A stretch of 63,964 bases of DNA, the filler included. It is 5 parts of 5 records of this genome, joined end to end, with 100 filler letters (N's around TTAATTAATTAA, not from the genome) between each part and the next. Parts side by side here need not be neighbours in the genome. Positions count along the whole stretch, not along the records: positions 58,422 to 63,964 come from DRR723986_11348; 4 more parts are not named here. One strand, written 5' to 3'. Of this stretch, positions 61,340 through 63,964 are shown piece after piece. The notes beneath the pieces are model-generated. The model did no database searches. It was not told the origin of the DNA and saw nothing but the letters and a program-made list of their open reading frames with translations. The translations under genes were made by a program, and so were the position numbers. Numbering within the stretch: the stretch's first letter is position 1; each line of letters begins with the position of its first letter.

Positions 61340-63964
61340 TGATCCGTGCTCCTTCCTTGTCATAGAACACCGTGCTCGTGACCTCGACCGGAATGCTTCC
61401 GGTCGGCATCGGCACATAGAGCGTTTTGCCTTCCAGTGCGTGGCCGTTCTTCACGATCGCGAGGGCAATCGTACGGTCGAGCGCCGGACTGTAGTAGGAC
61501 GAGGTGACATGACCTTCCGCAGGCGTGCCGGTGGCGGGGTTCTCGGCAGTCGTGATCTGGGCACCTTCTTCCAGCTTCACTTTCGGGTCCTTCGTCAGCA
61601 GGCCCACGAATTGCTTCCGACCGTCTGCAACAAGGTCAGTACGGGCCAGGCCACGCTTGCCGACGAAGTCGAACTTGTTCTTGCCGAACGCCCAGCTCAT
61701 GCCGGCATCTTGCGGGGTAACGGTACCATCCGTGTCCTGACCGACGATGATGTAACCCTTCTCGGCGCGCAGAACGTGCATGGATTCCGTTCCGTAAACG
61801 GTGCCGTTGTGCTTCTCGATTTCCTTGGCGAGCGTTTCCCACATCATCTTGCCATGACGGCGGGGAACGTTGATTTCGAAGCCGAGTTCACCGGTAAAGG
61901 AAATCCGGAAAAGTCTGCAGGGAACGCCGCAGAAGGTCGCTTCCTTGACGCTCATGTGCGGGAAGGCATCGGCGGAAAGATCGACACCTTCGATAAAGGG
62001 CGCAATCACCTCCCGAGCCTTCGGTCCCTGAACCGCGGCGACCGCAAACTGTTCGGTGGTCGACGTGATCCAGACATCGAGATCCGGCCATTCTGTTTGC
62101 AGGTAATCTTCCATGGTCGCAAACACACTCGGCGCGCCGCCGGTTGTGGTTGTTACATGGAAACGGTCTTCCGCAAGGCGTCCGATAACACCATCGTCGG
62201 TGATGAAACCGGCGTCATTGAGCAGCAGGCCATAGCGGCAGCGGCCGGGCGCCAGCTTCTTCCACGGATTGGTGTACATCCGCTCCAGGAATTCGGCCGC
62301 ATCCGGTCCGACAATTTCGATCTTGCCGAGCGTGGAGGCATCGAACAGCCCGACGCTCTCGCGGACGGTCTTGCATTCGCGGGCAACCGCCGCATGCATG
62401 TCTTCACCGTTCTTCGGGAAGTACCAAGTGCGCTTCCACTGGCCAACGTCCTCATAGACGCCGCCGTTCTCCACCACCCAGTCATGGGAAGGTGTCTTGC
62501 GAACCGGGTCGAAGAAGTCGCCACGCGATACACCGGCAAAGAGACCGAATGTCGTTGGAGTGTAGGGCTGGCGGAATGTGGTGAGCCCGACATCCGTTAC
62601 CGGCTTCTGCAAGGCCCCTGACGCGATCTCCAGGGCGTTCATGTTCGAAAGACGACCCTGGTCGGTGGCCATACCGGTGGTGGTGTAGCGCTTGATATGC
62701 TCGATGGACTGCATGCCTTCGCGCACCGCCAGCTTGACGTCCTTGGCGGTAACGTCGTTCTGATAATCGACGAATGCCTTGACCCGTGAAGCGTTCCGAT
62801 CGTGGGGCAGGGTGCCGAGGATACCGCCTGATCCGGCTTCTCCACCCGTTGCCGTGACGTAGGTCACCTTGGCGGACTTGCCGGTTGCAGCCCTGGCTGC
62901 TTCTTCACCGGCCGCATAGCCGTCGTGAAGCGTTGCCTGCAGGCCATAGAGGCCTTTGGAGCCGCCTGCCGAACGTTCCTTCTGAACGGAAATACCGGGA
63001 ACATAGGCACCCTTGTCCGCGTCCCAGACGACCTTGCCGCGGGACTGGGAATACAAGCTGACGGTCGGCGTCCAGCCGCCTGACATCAAAAGCGCATCGC
63101 ACGCAATCTGGCCACCGGAGGCAACCTGTCCCGATGTCATCATCCGGCCGAGCAAGGCGCCTTTGACACGCTTGCGACCGAGAGTTCCTGTTACAACGCA
63201 TCCTGCCTCGACACGAATGCCCCTGGCTTCAGCGATTGCAACCAGGCTTTCAGGCGGCGTTTCGCGCATGTCCACGATGGCAGCTACGTCGACACCATGG
63301 TCTGCAAGGTCGAATGCCGCTTGCCACGCACTGTCGCAGGCTGTTGCCACCAGAACCTTGTGGCCGACTTTGACGCCATAGCGGTTGAGGTAGGTTCTTC
63401 CAGCTTCCGCAAGCAGAATGCCCGGTCGGTCATTTTCCGGAAACACCATCGGACGTTCGATCGCACCGGCTGCAATCACCACTTCCTTGGCGCGCACCTG
63501 CCACAGTCGTTCACGCGGCAGTTTGGGATCCGGGTTGGGCAAATGTTCGGTGATGCGCTCTGCCAGCGAAATGAAGTTATGCGCAAAATAACCGAAGGCC
63601 GTTGTCCGCGGCAGGAGAGTGACATTGTCCATCGCGGCAAGCTTGGCGATGGTTTCCGAAACGAACTCCGCAGGTTCCTTTCCGTCGATGCTTGCGCTGA
63701 CTTCAGAAAGCAGCGAACCGCCGAATTCAGCCTGCTCGTCGACCAACATCACCTTCGCACCGGTCTCTGCCGCAGCCAGAGCGGCTGCAAGTCCGGTTGG
63801 TCCGGAGCCGACGACAAGAACGTCGCAGTGGGCGTAGATGTTGCCGTAGAAGTCGTGATCCGGGTTTTTCGGCGGTTTGCCGAGACCGGCCGCAGAACGG
63901 ATGATCGGCTCGTAGACCTTGTCCCAGAAGGCATGCGGCCACATGAAGGTCTTGTAGTAGAACC
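61332..63964 (-). CDS. soxA: Heterotetrameric sarcosine oxidase alpha subunit (5' end outside the window)
   Basis: FYYKTFMWP, VVGSGPTGL, SIEHIKRYTTTGMATDQG, DASTLGKIE and RISFTGELGFEIN. Confidence 0.95.
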   Translation of the reverse strand, partial: FYYKTFMWPHAFWDKVYEPIIRSAAGLGKPPKNPDHDFYGNIYAHCDVLVVGSGPTGLAAALAAAETGAKVMLVDEQAEFGGSLLSEVSASIDGKEPAEFVSETIAKLAAMDNVTLLPRTTAFGYFAHNFISLAERITEHLPNPDPKLPRERLWQVRAKEVVIAAGAIERPMVFPENDRPGILLAEAGRTYLNRYGVKVGHKVLVATACDSAWQAAFDLADHGVDVAAIVDMRETPPESLVAIAEARGIRVEAGCVVTGTLGRKRVKGALLGRMMTSGQVASGGQIACDALLMSGGWTPTVSLYSQSRGKVVWDADKGAYVPGISVQKERSAGGSKGLYGLQATLHDGYAAGEEAARAATGKSAKVTYVTATGGEAGSGGILGTLPHDRNASRVKAFVDYQNDVTAKDVKLAVREGMQSIEHIKRYTTTGMATDQGRLSNMNALEIASGALQKPVTDVGLTTFRQPYTPTTFGLFAGVSRGDFFDPVRKTPSHDWVVENGGVYEDVGQWKRTWYFPKNGEDMHAAVARECKTVRESVGLFDASTLGKIEIVGPDAAEFLERMYTNPWKKLAPGRCRYGLLLNDAGFITDDGVIGRLAEDRFHVTTTTGGAPSVFATMEDYLQTEWPDLDVWITSTTEQFAVAAVQGPKAREVIAPFIEGVDLSADAFPHMSVKEATFCGVPCRLFRISFTGELGFEINVPRRHGKMMWETLAKEIEKHNGTVYGTESMHVLRAEKGYIIVGQDTDGTVTPQDAGMSWAFGKNKFDFVGKRGLARTDLVADGRKQFVGLLTKDPKVKLEEGAQITTAENPATGTPAEGHVTSSYYSPALDRTIALAIVKNGHALEGKTLYVPMPTGSIPVEVTSTVFYDKEGARINV

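Overview
This window is not one genome. It contains five unrelated contigs joined by artificial 100-bp spacers (N44-TTAATTAATTAA-N44) at 8785-8884, 21430-21529, 52318-52417 and 58322-58421. (1) 1-8784 is GC-rich and Rhodobacteraceae-like: recG (partial, missed by the ORF track), ligA, ctrA, sciP, mnmA, a cupin, a desaturase-family gene, anmK and the start of tyrS. (2) 8885-21429 is also Rhodobacteraceae-like: an Lrp regulator divergent from a fused indolepyruvate:ferredoxin oxidoreductase, then an orphan HcnC/OoxB-like FAD oxidoreductase, a Rid protein, tamB, tamA and katG (partial). (3) 21530-52317 is AT-rich and Flavobacteriaceae-like: a surface-polysaccharide locus of about 29.4 kb with 27 co-oriented minus-strand ORFs. 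These include wzm, wzt, about 16 glycosyltransferases, a GT-D fold protein, a methyltransferase, an epimerase, a Wzy-like protein and an embedded WecE/WecD/ArnC-like/flippase/GT-C-like cassette. The leader of this locus is the most interesting region. It holds an unannotated, truncated, stop-interrupted UpxY/NusG-like (KOW) remnant, a strong intrinsic terminator and two copies of a 28-bp ops/JUMPstart-like element. (4) 52418-58321 is Marinobacter-like: a PhoD-like gene (partial), an acyl-CoA thioesterase, efpL, an RsuA-family gene, a 637-aa membrane protein of unknown function, a spermidine-synthase-like methyltransferase and an SLT (partial). (5) 58422-63964 is Roseibium/Labrenzia-like: the end of pit, an EEP hydrolase, a double HD-GYP protein, soxG and soxA (partial). 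No rRNA, tRNA, CRISPR array or intact mobile element was recognised. Taxonomic and functional calls come from motif recognition by eye, not from database searches.
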